Below the pieces are notes generated by a model. The model was not told where the DNA came from. It saw only the letters and a list, made by a program, of their open reading frames with translations, and made no database searches. From Phenylobacterium sp. (lineage in GTDB: Bacteria > Pseudomonadota > Alphaproteobacteria > Caulobacterales > Caulobacteraceae): a stretch of DNA of 64,000 bases. The translations under genes and the position numbers were made by a program. Each line of letters starts with the position of its first letter. Within the stretch, counting starts at the first letter, position 1. The DNA is taken from the NCBI RefSeq assembly GCF_034004485.1, contig NZ_JAVEWP010000001.1, one strand, 5' to 3'. Below are positions 46,343 to 54,990 of the stretch, piece after piece.

Positions 46343-48004
46343 TCAGTTGCAGAACACCCCGGAGCGGGCGTCGGCGTACCGCCCGCCGGCCCAGGCCACC
46401 TCGCCGTTGACCAGAACGGCGTCGATCCCCACCGCGTCGCGCACATAGCGCATGCCCTCGCCGGGCAAATCGAAGACCGCGCGCTCTTCGCCCCGACCGA
46501 TCGTCCGGTCGTCGAACACCACCACGTCCGCCGCCTTGCCCGGCTGCAGCCGGCCCCGGTCCTTCAGACCCCAGATGTCGGCCGTCTCGGACGTGATCTT
46601 GCGGACCGCCTCCTCCAGCGTGAGCGCGCCCGCCTTCCGAACGAACTCGCTGAACAGATAGCCGGTGTCGCCGTAGGTGGCGAAGGAAGCGATGTGCGCC
46701 CCGCCGTCGCTGGCGCCGATGTGCATAAGGGGGTGCGCCAGCATCGGCCCGATCCGCTCGGTGCTCTCGTGTCCCTGTGCGCCGCTGAGGAAGGCGACGT
46801 CCAGCCCGTTCTCCAGCGAGATGTCGATCAGCGCCCGCGCCGGGAGCTGGCTCCTCTCGCGCGCGATTTCGGAAAGCGTGCGGCCGACATAGGCCTGCGG
46901 CGCCGCATCGCCGCCGCGCACGACCAGCCCGCCCATCATCCGCTCGCCCCCGTCCGGCCCGAGGTCGGCGACCATCCGCTCGACGGTCTCCGGATCGGTC
47001 AGCGAGGCGAGCCTGGCCTCCAGCGGCTGGCGCAGCACCCGCACCCAGCGCGGCAGCCGGGCGAAGAACAGGCTGGGCCGTAGCAGGCTGAAGCTGATGT
47101 CGATCGGCCTCGTCTGCATCTGCGGCCAGACCCGTGCGCCGCGGGCGAACTGCTCCTCAACGCGGGCGATGGCGCGCGGGGCGTTGTCCGGCGCTTGGGT
47201 GCTGTCGAACAGCGGCGAGAAGGTGGTGGGGATGCCGTGGCGCAGCGACAGCTCGGCGAGCTGGTCGATCCGCGCGATGGTCAGGTCGACGGCGTAGAAC
47301 TCCGGCACGCACTGCAACATGCGGCCGCCCCACTCGCCCAGCACCGCACACAGCGCGTCGAGCTCGGCGAACTGGGCGAACCGGCTCGGCACCGGACGGC
47401 CGTTCTCGTCGATGTCCACGAAGCTGGTGGACAGGCCCACCGCGCCGGCGTCGAGGCAGGCCCGCAGCAGGTCCTGCATGGCGGCGATCTCGTCGCTCGT
47501 CGCGGCGCGCTGCTGCGCGGCCTCGCCCATCACCCACAGCCGGATGACGCTGTGGCCGACCAGCGGGGCGACGTTGATCGACAGGTGGCGGGCGACCGCC
47601 TCGCGATAGCCGGCGAAGTCCTCCCAGCACCATTCGAAGGCCTCGGTGAATGCTTCCGGGGGCATCTCCTCGATCTGCTGGAACATGCCGACGACGCGGG
47701 ACCGGTCGGCGGCCTTCAGCGGCGCCAGCGACAGGGAACAGTTGCCGGGCACGATGGTGGTCAGGCCGTGCTCCAGCGCGGGCCGCGCCGCCCCGTCCCA
47801 GAGCAGCTGGACGTCGAAATGGGTGTGCGGGTCGATGAAGCCGGGGGCCACCACCTTGCCCGCCGCATCGATGGTGCGGGCAGCCTCGCCGGTCACGTCG
47901 CCCACAGCCGCGATCCGGCCGCCCCGGATCGCCACGTTGCCGTGGCGGGCCGTCGCGCCGGTCCCGTCGACGATCCGCCCGCCGGTGATCAGGACGTCGA
48001 ACAT
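46343..48004 (-). CDS. N-acyl-D-amino-acid deacylase (D-aminoacylase) family amidohydrolase
   Basis: Start at MFDVLITGGRIVDGTG. Metal motif GFIDPHTHFD. 553 aa. Confidence 0.85.
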   Translation of the reverse strand: MFDVLITGGRIVDGTGATARHGNVAIRGGRIAAVGDVTGEAARTIDAAGKVVAPGFIDPHTHFDVQLLWDGAARPALEHGLTTIVPGNCSLSLAPLKAADRSRVVGMFQQIEEMPPEAFTEAFEWCWEDFAGYREAVARHLSINVAPLVGHSVIRLWVMGEAAQQRAATSDEIAAMQDLLRACLDAGAVGLSTSFVDIDENGRPVPSRFAQFAELDALCAVLGEWGGRMLQCVPEFYAVDLTIARIDQLAELSLRHGIPTTFSPLFDSTQAPDNAPRAIARVEEQFARGARVWPQMQTRPIDISFSLLRPSLFFARLPRWVRVLRQPLEARLASLTDPETVERMVADLGPDGGERMMGGLVVRGGDAAPQAYVGRTLSEIARERSQLPARALIDISLENGLDVAFLSGAQGHESTERIGPMLAHPLMHIGASDGGAHIASFATYGDTGYLFSEFVRKAGALTLEEAVRKITSETADIWGLKDRGRLQPGKAADVVVFDDRTIGRGEERAVFDLPGEGMRYVRDAVGIDAVLVNGEVAWAGGRYADARSGVFCN

Positions 48005-48219
48005 GTTTCCGCTCCCTCCAGCATCCGCCGCCACGGCTGGCCCTCGAGGCCCGAAAGGTCGGAGACGCCGCAGTTGCGCATCAGCGCGAAGCCGGCCTCC
48101 GCGTCGATCGCCACCTGCGCGCGGCCGCCGTTGGGGTAGCGCAGGGTGACCAGCAGTTCGGCAGCGCCGTCGTGGCCGGCGGCGATCTCCGCACCGACGA
48201 TGACGGCCTCGTCCCTCAT
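47989..48219 (-). CDS. hypothetical 76-aa protein
   Basis: Coupled on both sides: ATGA overlap with the upstream ORF and 16-nt overlap with the deacylase start. Confidence 0.4.
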   Translation of the reverse strand: MRDEAVIVGAEIAAGHDGAAELLVTLRYPNGGRAQVAIDAEAGFALMRNCGVSDLSGLEGQPWRRMLEGAETCSTS

Positions 48220-48434
48220 CCCAGCGGCGGCTCGATGAAGACCACGTCGCTGCCCAACAGCAGCCCGGCGGGCTTGCGCAGCAGGAAGATGTGCAGGTTC
48301 CAGCTGGCCAGCTTCTCGGCCGCCTCGTTAGCGGACAGGTCGGGCAGCACCCGGGCGGCCAGCGTCTCCAGGGTCTCGCCCGGTTCGGGCGTGATGAACC
48401 GGCGCTGGCGCGACAGGCGCACGGCAGGCGCCAT
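48216..48434 (-). CDS. hypothetical 72-aa protein
   Basis: GAGGGAG RBS. First gene of the three-gene unit. Faint resemblance to a LysM-like or tail-protein-X-like layout (GETLETLAARVL). Confidence 0.4.
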   Translation of the reverse strand: MAPAVRLSRQRRFITPEPGETLETLAARVLPDLSANEAAEKLASWNLHIFLLRKPAGLLLGSDVVFIEPPLG

Positions 48435-48471
48435 CTGAGATCTCCCTCGAGAACCGACGTTCTTCGAAGCC

Positions 48472-48529
48472 CGAGCCTATGCCTCCCGGCGCCGGCCGCA
48501 ACCCCGTCCCGACGTCAACTGACGCGAGG
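48472..48529 (-). promoter_or_regulatory. bipartite conserved upstream module, copy A
   Basis: CGAGCCTATGCCT (48472-48484), then 25 nt, then CGACGTCAACTGACGCGAGG (48510-48529). Colinear with copy B at 63643..63700. Confidence 0.4.
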
Positions 48530-48555
48530 GCAGGCGCCCGGGCAGGCGGGTGGCG

Positions 48556-48867
48556 TCACTTGGCCGTCAGCACTGGCAGCCCCTGCCAGACGACCGCCAA
48601 CAGCGACAGGCCCGCGCCGAGCGCCGCCCCGCCGGCCAGGAAGCGGTCGAGGCCGTCGGCTGCGCTCCGCGCGCGCGGCAGGGCAAGCGCCAGGAGGGCG
48701 ACGTCAGCGCCTGCGCAGGCCAGGGTGAGCAGCCCGACGCCCCAGACCGCGCCGGCCGCGTCGGCCTGGCCGGTGATCACGTCGGCTGCGCTGGCGACGC
48801 CGTAGGCGCCCAGGAAGTGGACGAGCCAGACGATCATCCCGCCCAGCAGGAACAGCCAGCGGGCCAT
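48556..48867 (-). CDS. small polytopic membrane protein, candidate oxidase subunit IV
   Basis: Starts 1 nt after the oxidase I+III stop. Three hydrophobic helices. Confidence 0.5.
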   Translation of the reverse strand: MARWLFLLGGMIVWLVHFLGAYGVASAADVITGQADAAGAVWGVGLLTLACAGADVALLALALPRARSAADGLDRFLAGGAALGAGLSLLAVVWQGLPVLTAK

Positions 48868-48868
48868 C

Positions 48869-51406
48869 TCAGCCGCCTCCGGGAAACAGCCGCACCAGCA
48901 GGGCGCCCAGGCTGCCCTGGGCGGCGAGATAGCCGATGAAGAGGGCGCTGAGGTCCACGGTGCTGGTGCGGACGGGCGAGAGCAGGCCGGCGACCGCGCG
49001 GGCGATCAGGTAGCCGGGCATCAGGGACGCGGCGGCGCCCATCACCCCCTGCCAGGCCAGGATGGCGAACACCGTGGCCCCCTGCCCGCTGGCGTCGGGC
49101 CGCAGCCCCGCCGCCCACCAGCTGCCGAGGTCGGCGGCGTAGGCGCAAGCGAGCGCCGCGACGGCGAGGGTCGCCAGCGCGGGCGCCCAGAAGACGTGCG
49201 AGACCGGCCGCCGGGCCGCCCGGGCGGCGAGCCAGGCCAGCGCCCCGGCCGCCGCATAGCCCCCGACGACGGCGGCGAGCCACAACTGGTCGGGCGGCGG
49301 GATCCACAGGTCGGGCCGGCGGCTCCACAGGAAGACGTAGCTGAAGCCGGCCATCAGGAAGATCATGCCGGCGACGATCAGCAGCACGACCATCGCCCAC
49401 CAGCCGTGGCTGGCCGGGCCCGTCGCATAGGTCGGCACGCGGATCCCCGCGCCGACGTCCACGTGCTTCTCGCGCATCGGCCGGTCGGTCTCCCAGACCC
49501 AGCGCAGCACGCAGGCGACGGCGAGCACGCCGCTGACCACGCCCGGCCCGTAGGCCTGCACCGTCAGCAGCAGGAAGAAACCGGCGGTGAACACGGCCGC
49601 CAGCACCGGCCAGGCGGAGGGGCCCGGCATCCGCTGCAGGTATTGAGGCTCGGCCCGCAGCGTGCTGGTGATCAGGGTCTCGCGAACGCCGGTGGCGGCG
49701 CCGGGCAGGAAGTAGCGGCCCTCCTGGACGTCCTCGGCCAGGCCCGGCCGCTCCCACAGCGGATAGCGCTCGCGCACCACGGGGATGCTGCGGGCCGAAT
49801 AGAGCCCGGTCGGCAGCCACTCGAGGCTCCCGCCGCCATAGACGTTCCCCGCCCCGTCCCCGGTGGTGAAGCGGAAATTGCGGATCAGGTCGACGACGAA
49901 CAGCAGGACGCCCAGGCCGATCATGAAGGCGCCGACCGTCGAGATCAGGTTGGGCAGCTCCCAGCCGCGGCCAGGCAGGTAGGTGTAGACCCGCCGCGGC
50001 ATGCCCATCAGGCCGGTCAGGTGCATGGGCAGGAAGCTGACGTGGACGCCGGTGAAGACGAGGCCGAACACCCAGCGGCCGAGCCGCTCGGACAGCGGCC
50101 GACGGCTGGTCATCGGGGCCCAGTAGTAGAAGGCCGCGAACAGCGGAAACACCATCCCGCCGATCAGCACATAGTGCAGGTGAGCGACGATGAAATAGGT
50201 GTCGTGGGCCTGCCAGTCGAACGGGACTAGGGCGACCATAACCCCGGTCAGGCCGCCCATGGTGAAGGTGACGATCGAGCCGATGGCAAACAGCGCCGGC
50301 GTCGTCCAGCGCACCTTGCCGGCGCTCAGGGTGGCGATCCACGAGAACACCTGCACCCCCGCCGGCACGCTGACCGCCATGCTGGCGGCCGAGAAGAAGC
50401 TGACCGAGATCGGCGGCATGCCGGTCGCGAACATGTGGTGCGACCAGACTCCGAAGCTGATGAAGCCGGTGGCCAGCAGCGCCAGCACCACCAGCCGGTA
50501 GCCGACCAGCGGCGTCCGGGCGACCGTCGGCACGATCATCGACATCAGCCCGGCTGCGGGCAGGAAGATGATGTAGACCTCCGGGTGTCCGAAGAACCAG
50601 AACAGGTGCTGCCACAGCACCGGGTCGCCCCCGCGGGTGGGGTCGAAGAACGGCCAGTTGAGCGCCCGTTCGAGCTCCAGCAGCAGAGTGCCGAGGATCA
50701 CCGCCGGAAAGCCGATGACGATCATCGCGGCGAACACCAGCATGGCCCAGGCGAACACCGGAAGCTTGTCGAGGGTCATGCCGGGCGCGCGCGTCTTCAG
50801 CACGCCGACGATGATCTCGACCGCCCCGGCGATGGCGCTGATCTCGATGAAGCCGATGCCGAGCAGCCAGAAGTCGGCGTTGATCCCCGGCGAATAGGCG
50901 CGGCTGGTCAGGGGCGGGTACATGAACCAGCCGCCGTCCGGGGCCAGGCCGAAGAAGATCGAGGCGAAGAAGCAAAGGCCGCCGACCAGGTAGGCCCAGA
51001 AGGCGTAGGCCGAGAGCCTCGGGAACGGCAGGTCGCGCGCCGCCAGCATCTGGGGCAGCAGCATCACCCCCAGCGCCTCGACCGCCGGCACGGCGAACAG
51101 GAACATCATCACCGTGCCGTGCATGGTGAAGACCTGATTGTAGGTCTCCTGCGGCAGGATCCCGTTCAGCGGCAGGGCCAGCTGGGCCCGGATGAGCAGC
51201 GCCAGCACGCCGGCCAGCACGAAGAACAGGAAGGCGGCGCCGACGTAGAACAGGCCGATGTAGTTGTTGTTGACGACGGTGAGCAGCGCCCAGCCGCGCG
51301 GCGCGCGCCAGACCTGCTTCAGCTCTTCCAGTTCGGCCGGCGGGCGCGGCTCGCGGGTCGGGAACCGCTCGTAGAGGGCCGGATCGAAGCCGGTTTCGGA
51401 GTTCAT
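48869..51406 (-). CDS. heme-copper oxidase subunit I fused to a subunit III-like domain
   Basis: Start at MNSETGF (ATGA overlap with subunit II). LFWFFGHPEVYIIFLP. 845 aa with a C-terminal ~300-aa multi-TM extension. Confidence 0.9.
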   Translation of the reverse strand: MNSETGFDPALYERFPTREPRPPAELEELKQVWRAPRGWALLTVVNNNYIGLFYVGAAFLFFVLAGVLALLIRAQLALPLNGILPQETYNQVFTMHGTVMMFLFAVPAVEALGVMLLPQMLAARDLPFPRLSAYAFWAYLVGGLCFFASIFFGLAPDGGWFMYPPLTSRAYSPGINADFWLLGIGFIEISAIAGAVEIIVGVLKTRAPGMTLDKLPVFAWAMLVFAAMIVIGFPAVILGTLLLELERALNWPFFDPTRGGDPVLWQHLFWFFGHPEVYIIFLPAAGLMSMIVPTVARTPLVGYRLVVLALLATGFISFGVWSHHMFATGMPPISVSFFSAASMAVSVPAGVQVFSWIATLSAGKVRWTTPALFAIGSIVTFTMGGLTGVMVALVPFDWQAHDTYFIVAHLHYVLIGGMVFPLFAAFYYWAPMTSRRPLSERLGRWVFGLVFTGVHVSFLPMHLTGLMGMPRRVYTYLPGRGWELPNLISTVGAFMIGLGVLLFVVDLIRNFRFTTGDGAGNVYGGGSLEWLPTGLYSARSIPVVRERYPLWERPGLAEDVQEGRYFLPGAATGVRETLITSTLRAEPQYLQRMPGPSAWPVLAAVFTAGFFLLLTVQAYGPGVVSGVLAVACVLRWVWETDRPMREKHVDVGAGIRVPTYATGPASHGWWAMVVLLIVAGMIFLMAGFSYVFLWSRRPDLWIPPPDQLWLAAVVGGYAAAGALAWLAARAARRPVSHVFWAPALATLAVAALACAYAADLGSWWAAGLRPDASGQGATVFAILAWQGVMGAAASLMPGYLIARAVAGLLSPVRTSTVDLSALFIGYLAAQGSLGALLVRLFPGGG

Positions 51407-52386
51407 CGGCGCGACCCGAGCCAGGCGGCCAGCGCCCGCAGCTCCTCGCCCGACAGCACCCGATAGGGGGGCATGCGGTTGCCGGGCTTGATGGCCTGGC
51501 TGTCGGCGATCCAGCCGGCCAGGGCGCCGTGGTTGTTGGGCAGGATTCCGGCGCCCAGGCTGCGGCGCGCGCCGACGTGGGAGAGGTCCGGCCCGGCCAG
51601 GCCCTCGGCGCCGGTTCCGCGGACCCGGTGGCAGGCGCCGCAGCCGGCGGTCTCGAACAGCTGCGCCCCGCGGGCGGCGAAGGCGTCGGGCGGCGGGGCG
51701 GGCGGCGCCAGCCGCTCGGCCCGCCAGCGCTCGAACTCGGCGGGCGCGTGGGCCACCACCACGAAGCCCATCAGGGCGTGCGGGCCGCCGCAGTACTCGG
51801 CGCACTGGCCTGCGTAGACGCCCGGGCTGTCGGCCTGGATGCGCAGGATGTTCCGCCGTCCCGGGATCATGTCGAGCTTGCCGGCCAGGCGCGGGATCCA
51901 GAAGCTGTGGATCACGTCGGCCGCCTCGAGCTCCAGGGTCACCGGCGTCCCGGCCGGGATGTGCAGCTCGTTGGCGTCGAGAATGGCGGCGCGGCCCTCG
52001 CCGTCGAGGTAGACAACCCGCCACCACCACATCTCGCCGGTCACCCGCACCCGCATCTCGCCCGGCTGCGGCGCCGCCGTCAGGTCGCGGGTCAGGGTCA
52101 GGCCCCAGACCAGCAGGGCGGTCAGCACCACGACGGGAAAGGCAAGCCCGCCAATCCAGATCGCCTTCTCCCGCGCCAGCCGCCGGCGCCAGGCCGGCTT
52201 GCCGAACAGCGCGACGAGGAGGGCGGCGACCACCACCAGCAGCACCGCCACGAACATGCCGAAGAGCGCCCAGCTCAGCGCCGCGACCGCGCCGGCGTGC
52301 GGCCCGGCCGGATCCAGCGGCGGCGGCGGCCAGCCGCGCAGCGCCTCAGCGAGCGTCGAGCGTGTAGAGGTAGGCGGCGACATCAC
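51403..52386 (-). CDS. cytochrome c oxidase subunit II fused to a cytochrome c domain
   Basis: CuA motif CAEYCGGPHALM. C-terminal heme site CGACH. Confidence 0.9.
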   Translation of the reverse strand: MMSPPTSTRSTLAEALRGWPPPPLDPAGPHAGAVAALSWALFGMFVAVLLVVVAALLVALFGKPAWRRRLAREKAIWIGGLAFPVVVLTALLVWGLTLTRDLTAAPQPGEMRVRVTGEMWWWRVVYLDGEGRAAILDANELHIPAGTPVTLELEAADVIHSFWIPRLAGKLDMIPGRRNILRIQADSPGVYAGQCAEYCGGPHALMGFVVVAHAPAEFERWRAERLAPPAPPPDAFAARGAQLFETAGCGACHRVRGTGAEGLAGPDLSHVGARRSLGAGILPNNHGALAGWIADSQAIKPGNRMPPYRVLSGEELRALAAWLGSRR

Positions 52387-52720
52387 GGGCCTCGGGCTCG
52401 GTCATCGGCATGGCGGGCATCCCCGTCCGGGGGGCGAGGGAGGGCGCATCACGCACCCACCGGGCGAGAATCTCCGGGCGGTTGGGGAAGCGGCCGCCGA
52501 TCAGCGCCTGGCTTCCGAAGCCGTCGAGCGAGGGGCCCACCCGCCCCTGCGGCCAGGACACGCCGGGGATCAGGTGGCAGGCGCCGCAGCCGACCTGCTC
52601 GATCACCCTGCGGCCGCGCGCCGGATCGGCCCCGGCCATCGGCTGCGGCTGGACGGCCGTTTCCTGGCAGCTGCTGACGAACAGCGCGGCGCCTGCGACG
52701 GCGGCGAGCCGGATCGGCAT
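52346..52720 (-). CDS. monoheme c-type cytochrome, lipoprotein
   Basis: Start at MPIRLAAVAGAALFVSSC (lipobox). CGACH. Confidence 0.7.
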   Translation of the reverse strand: MPIRLAAVAGAALFVSSCQETAVQPQPMAGADPARGRRVIEQVGCGACHLIPGVSWPQGRVGPSLDGFGSQALIGGRFPNRPEILARWVRDAPSLAPRTGMPAMPMTEPEARDVAAYLYTLDAR

Positions 52721-52808
52721 CCCTGGGCCCCCTTGCAAAGCTCCAGGGTCTGCAACCCATGCCGGCCGGGGCGGTTCCCATGAAGCTGGTCCCGAAAGTC
52801 CGACGCCC

Positions 52809-53510
52809 ATGCCTTCGACGCCCTCTCCGCATGCCGCGCTGGCGGCCGCCTCGGCCCTGCTGTTGACGGCGGCCTGCGCGCCGGAGCGGGCCCGCGACCC
52901 CTTCACGGCCGACGGGCGGATCATCGCCTTCAGCGGCGGCGACGCCGGCGCGAGCCGGGCCTGCTTTACCTGCCACGGCCTCGCCGGCGAGGGCGACGGG
53001 CGGGCCAGCCCCCGGCTCGCGGGCCTGCCGGCCGGCTATCTCGTGCGCCAGCTCGGCGACTACGCGGACGGCCGCCGGGCCGACAAGGTGATGCGGCAGA
53101 TCGCCAAGGTACTCGATCACGACGCGCGGATGGCGGTGGCCGCCTACTACGCCGCCCTGCCGGCGCCGCCCCCGGCGCACGCACCGGCCGGCGCCGCGGA
53201 CGCCGCGGCGGCGCGGCTCTACCTCGCGGGCGATCCCTCGCGCGGGTTGCCCGCCTGCGCGAGCTGCCACGGCGCGGCGGGGGAGGGGCGGGGGGATGCC
53301 AACCCGCCGCTCGCCGGCCAGCCGGTCGACTTCCTCGCCGAGCAGCTCCACCGTTGGCGGCGCAGCGAGCGGCGCAACGATCCGCAGAACGTGATGTTGA
53401 CGATCAGCCGCCGCCTGACGCCTTCGGAGGTCGAACGGATTTCGCGATACGCCGCGGGGCTCTCGCCAACGACCGCTCCAGCCGGTGAATTCCAGGCAGC
53501 ATCCCGCTGA
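52809..53510 (+). CDS. diheme c-type cytochrome (c4-like)
   Basis: Start at MPSTPSPHAALAAASALLLTAAC. Two heme sites, CFTCH and CASCH. Confidence 0.75.
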   Translation: MPSTPSPHAALAAASALLLTAACAPERARDPFTADGRIIAFSGGDAGASRACFTCHGLAGEGDGRASPRLAGLPAGYLVRQLGDYADGRRADKVMRQIAKVLDHDARMAVAAYYAALPAPPPAHAPAGAADAAAARLYLAGDPSRGLPACASCHGAAGEGRGDANPPLAGQPVDFLAEQLHRWRRSERRNDPQNVMLTISRRLTPSEVERISRYAAGLSPTTAPAGEFQAASR

Positions 53511-54081
53511 GCACGTCGTCCCGGTCGACGATCTCGTGCTTCAGGGTCGCCCCGACGTGCATCGGGATCAGCGCCAGGACCAGCAGGATGAAGCCGAAGT
53601 GGGCCATTTCCGCCCAGGCCTCGATGGCCCAGCGGCGCTCCGGCGTCAGGTCCGCAAATGGCATGTGGGGCCACGGAACGAGGCCGGCCACCGACAGCGG
53701 CTGCTGAGGCGCGGTGGCCGACAGCATGGCCCAGCCGCTCAGGGGCAGGCCGAGAAGGGCGAAGTAGAAGGCGAAGTGGGTCAGATGGGCCGCCTGGCTC
53801 TGCCAGCCGGGCTTGTCCGCATCGTTGACCGGCCCCGGGATGATCATCCGCCAGACCATCCTCGCGAGGGTGACGACGAAGATCAGCAGACCGACCTGGA
53901 CGTGCAGGGCGTAGGCCTCGACCTTCTCGGCCCCGACCGGCAGCCGCCCGGTGCGCCAGCCCCACCAGAGCTGGAAGACGATCAGCCCGGCAACCGTCCA
54001 GTGGAAGGCGACGCCCACCGGCGAGTAGCGGCGCTCGCGGGTGTGGCCATGGGCCCAGAGGCGCAACCGCCGGACGATCAT
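53404..54081 (-). CDS. cytochrome b561-family membrane protein
   Basis: Start at MIVRRLRLW (ATGA overlap with ctaG). FHWTVAGLIVF, AHLTHFAFYFALL, MHVGATLKHE. Confidence 0.75.
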   Translation of the reverse strand: MIVRRLRLWAHGHTRERRYSPVGVAFHWTVAGLIVFQLWWGWRTGRLPVGAEKVEAYALHVQVGLLIFVVTLARMVWRMIIPGPVNDADKPGWQSQAAHLTHFAFYFALLGLPLSGWAMLSATAPQQPLSVAGLVPWPHMPFADLTPERRWAIEAWAEMAHFGFILLVLALIPMHVGATLKHEIVDRDDVLSGMLPGIHRLERSLARAPRRIAKSVRPPKASGGG

Positions 54082-54809
54082 GCGCGGGCGGGTCCGGCGT
54101 CGGGGGCCGACAGGCTGCGGCCGACCAGGGCCAGCGCCGCGGCGAGGTAGGCCAGCGCCATGGGCGCCCACATGATCAGCCCGGCCAGTTGCTGGTCGGA
54201 CAGCGGCGTCAGGCCCCAGGCAGCCGGCGAGAGCAGATGCGGCGCGTAGAGCGGCTGGGCGGCGAAGGTGATCAGCGCACCGAGTAGTCCGGTGGCCATC
54301 ATCACGGCCAGCAGCGCCCCCGCCGCGGCGAGCGGGCCAGCGGTCCGCACCGCCGCCCAGAAGGCGGCCGCCGAGCCGAGCAGGCTGACCTGCATCAGCC
54401 AGTAGGCGGCGTCGTTCGACAGCGCCCAGGTGTAGGGCCCCGGCGCATGCCACAGCCAGACGGCGACCACGTGCGCCGCGGCGACGGCCGCGAGCGGCAG
54501 AGGCCGGGCGCGCGGCGCGGCGAAGGCGAAGAGGGGCGCCGCGACGACGATCAGCAGCGCGTGGTGCGCCACCCTTGCCGAGAACAGCGCCGAGCTCAGC
54601 GCGCAGAGCGGACTGACGAAAGCGACGGCGAGCACCGTGAACGCCGCGGCCGCGGGCAGGTCGCGCCCGGCCCCGCCGCGCCGGCGATACGCCGCCCAGC
54701 CCGCCGCCGCCAGCGCCAGGAGCCCGATCAACACGGGGTCGGGATTCCATCGCGCGGCGAGCTCGGCCGGCGTCGGCGCCGGCCCGCAATAGGGATTCCA
54801 GATCGGCAT
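54078..54809 (-). CDS. ctaG: cytochrome c oxidase assembly factor CtaG (Bacillus type, COG3336-like)
   Basis: Start at MPIWNPYCGP. Polytopic membrane protein with the HHALLIVVAAPL and WHAPGPY patterns. Confidence 0.7.
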   Translation of the reverse strand: MPIWNPYCGPAPTPAELAARWNPDPVLIGLLALAAAGWAAYRRRGGAGRDLPAAAAFTVLAVAFVSPLCALSSALFSARVAHHALLIVVAAPLFAFAAPRARPLPLAAVAAAHVVAVWLWHAPGPYTWALSNDAAYWLMQVSLLGSAAAFWAAVRTAGPLAAAGALLAVMMATGLLGALITFAAQPLYAPHLLSPAAWGLTPLSDQQLAGLIMWAPMALAYLAAALALVGRSLSAPDAGPARA

Positions 54810-54990
54810 GGCCAAGGCGGCTCCCCGTCTCCGCAAACCACAACAGCCGCGCCGCGCGTGGGTTCCGGTCACGCGTGGGAGCATGGGGAGAGGAGTGGGG
54901 GCGGAGGGAACGCGCCGCCACGCTTCTTCTGTCGGGGAACCGACAGGCGGCGGCGGCTTTCAGGGCAGAGCCGGGAGAGAGGAGACCGCC

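Noticed and set aside
48472-48490. A sigma-54 promoter reading of the conserved AGGCATAGGCTCGG element (GGCAT as the -24 box).
   Set aside because: The -12 position does not give TTGC or GC at the required spacing in either copy (CGGGC and CGGTC).
54808-54990. The longer N-terminus (ATG 54808) for the PQQ dehydrogenase.
   Set aside because: The extra 61 residues are Arg/Gly-rich and precede the first TM helix. This start overlaps the divergent ctaG start codon. The GTG at 54991 has a strong GAGAGAGGAGA RBS and gives the typical ~800-aa length. This is not proven.
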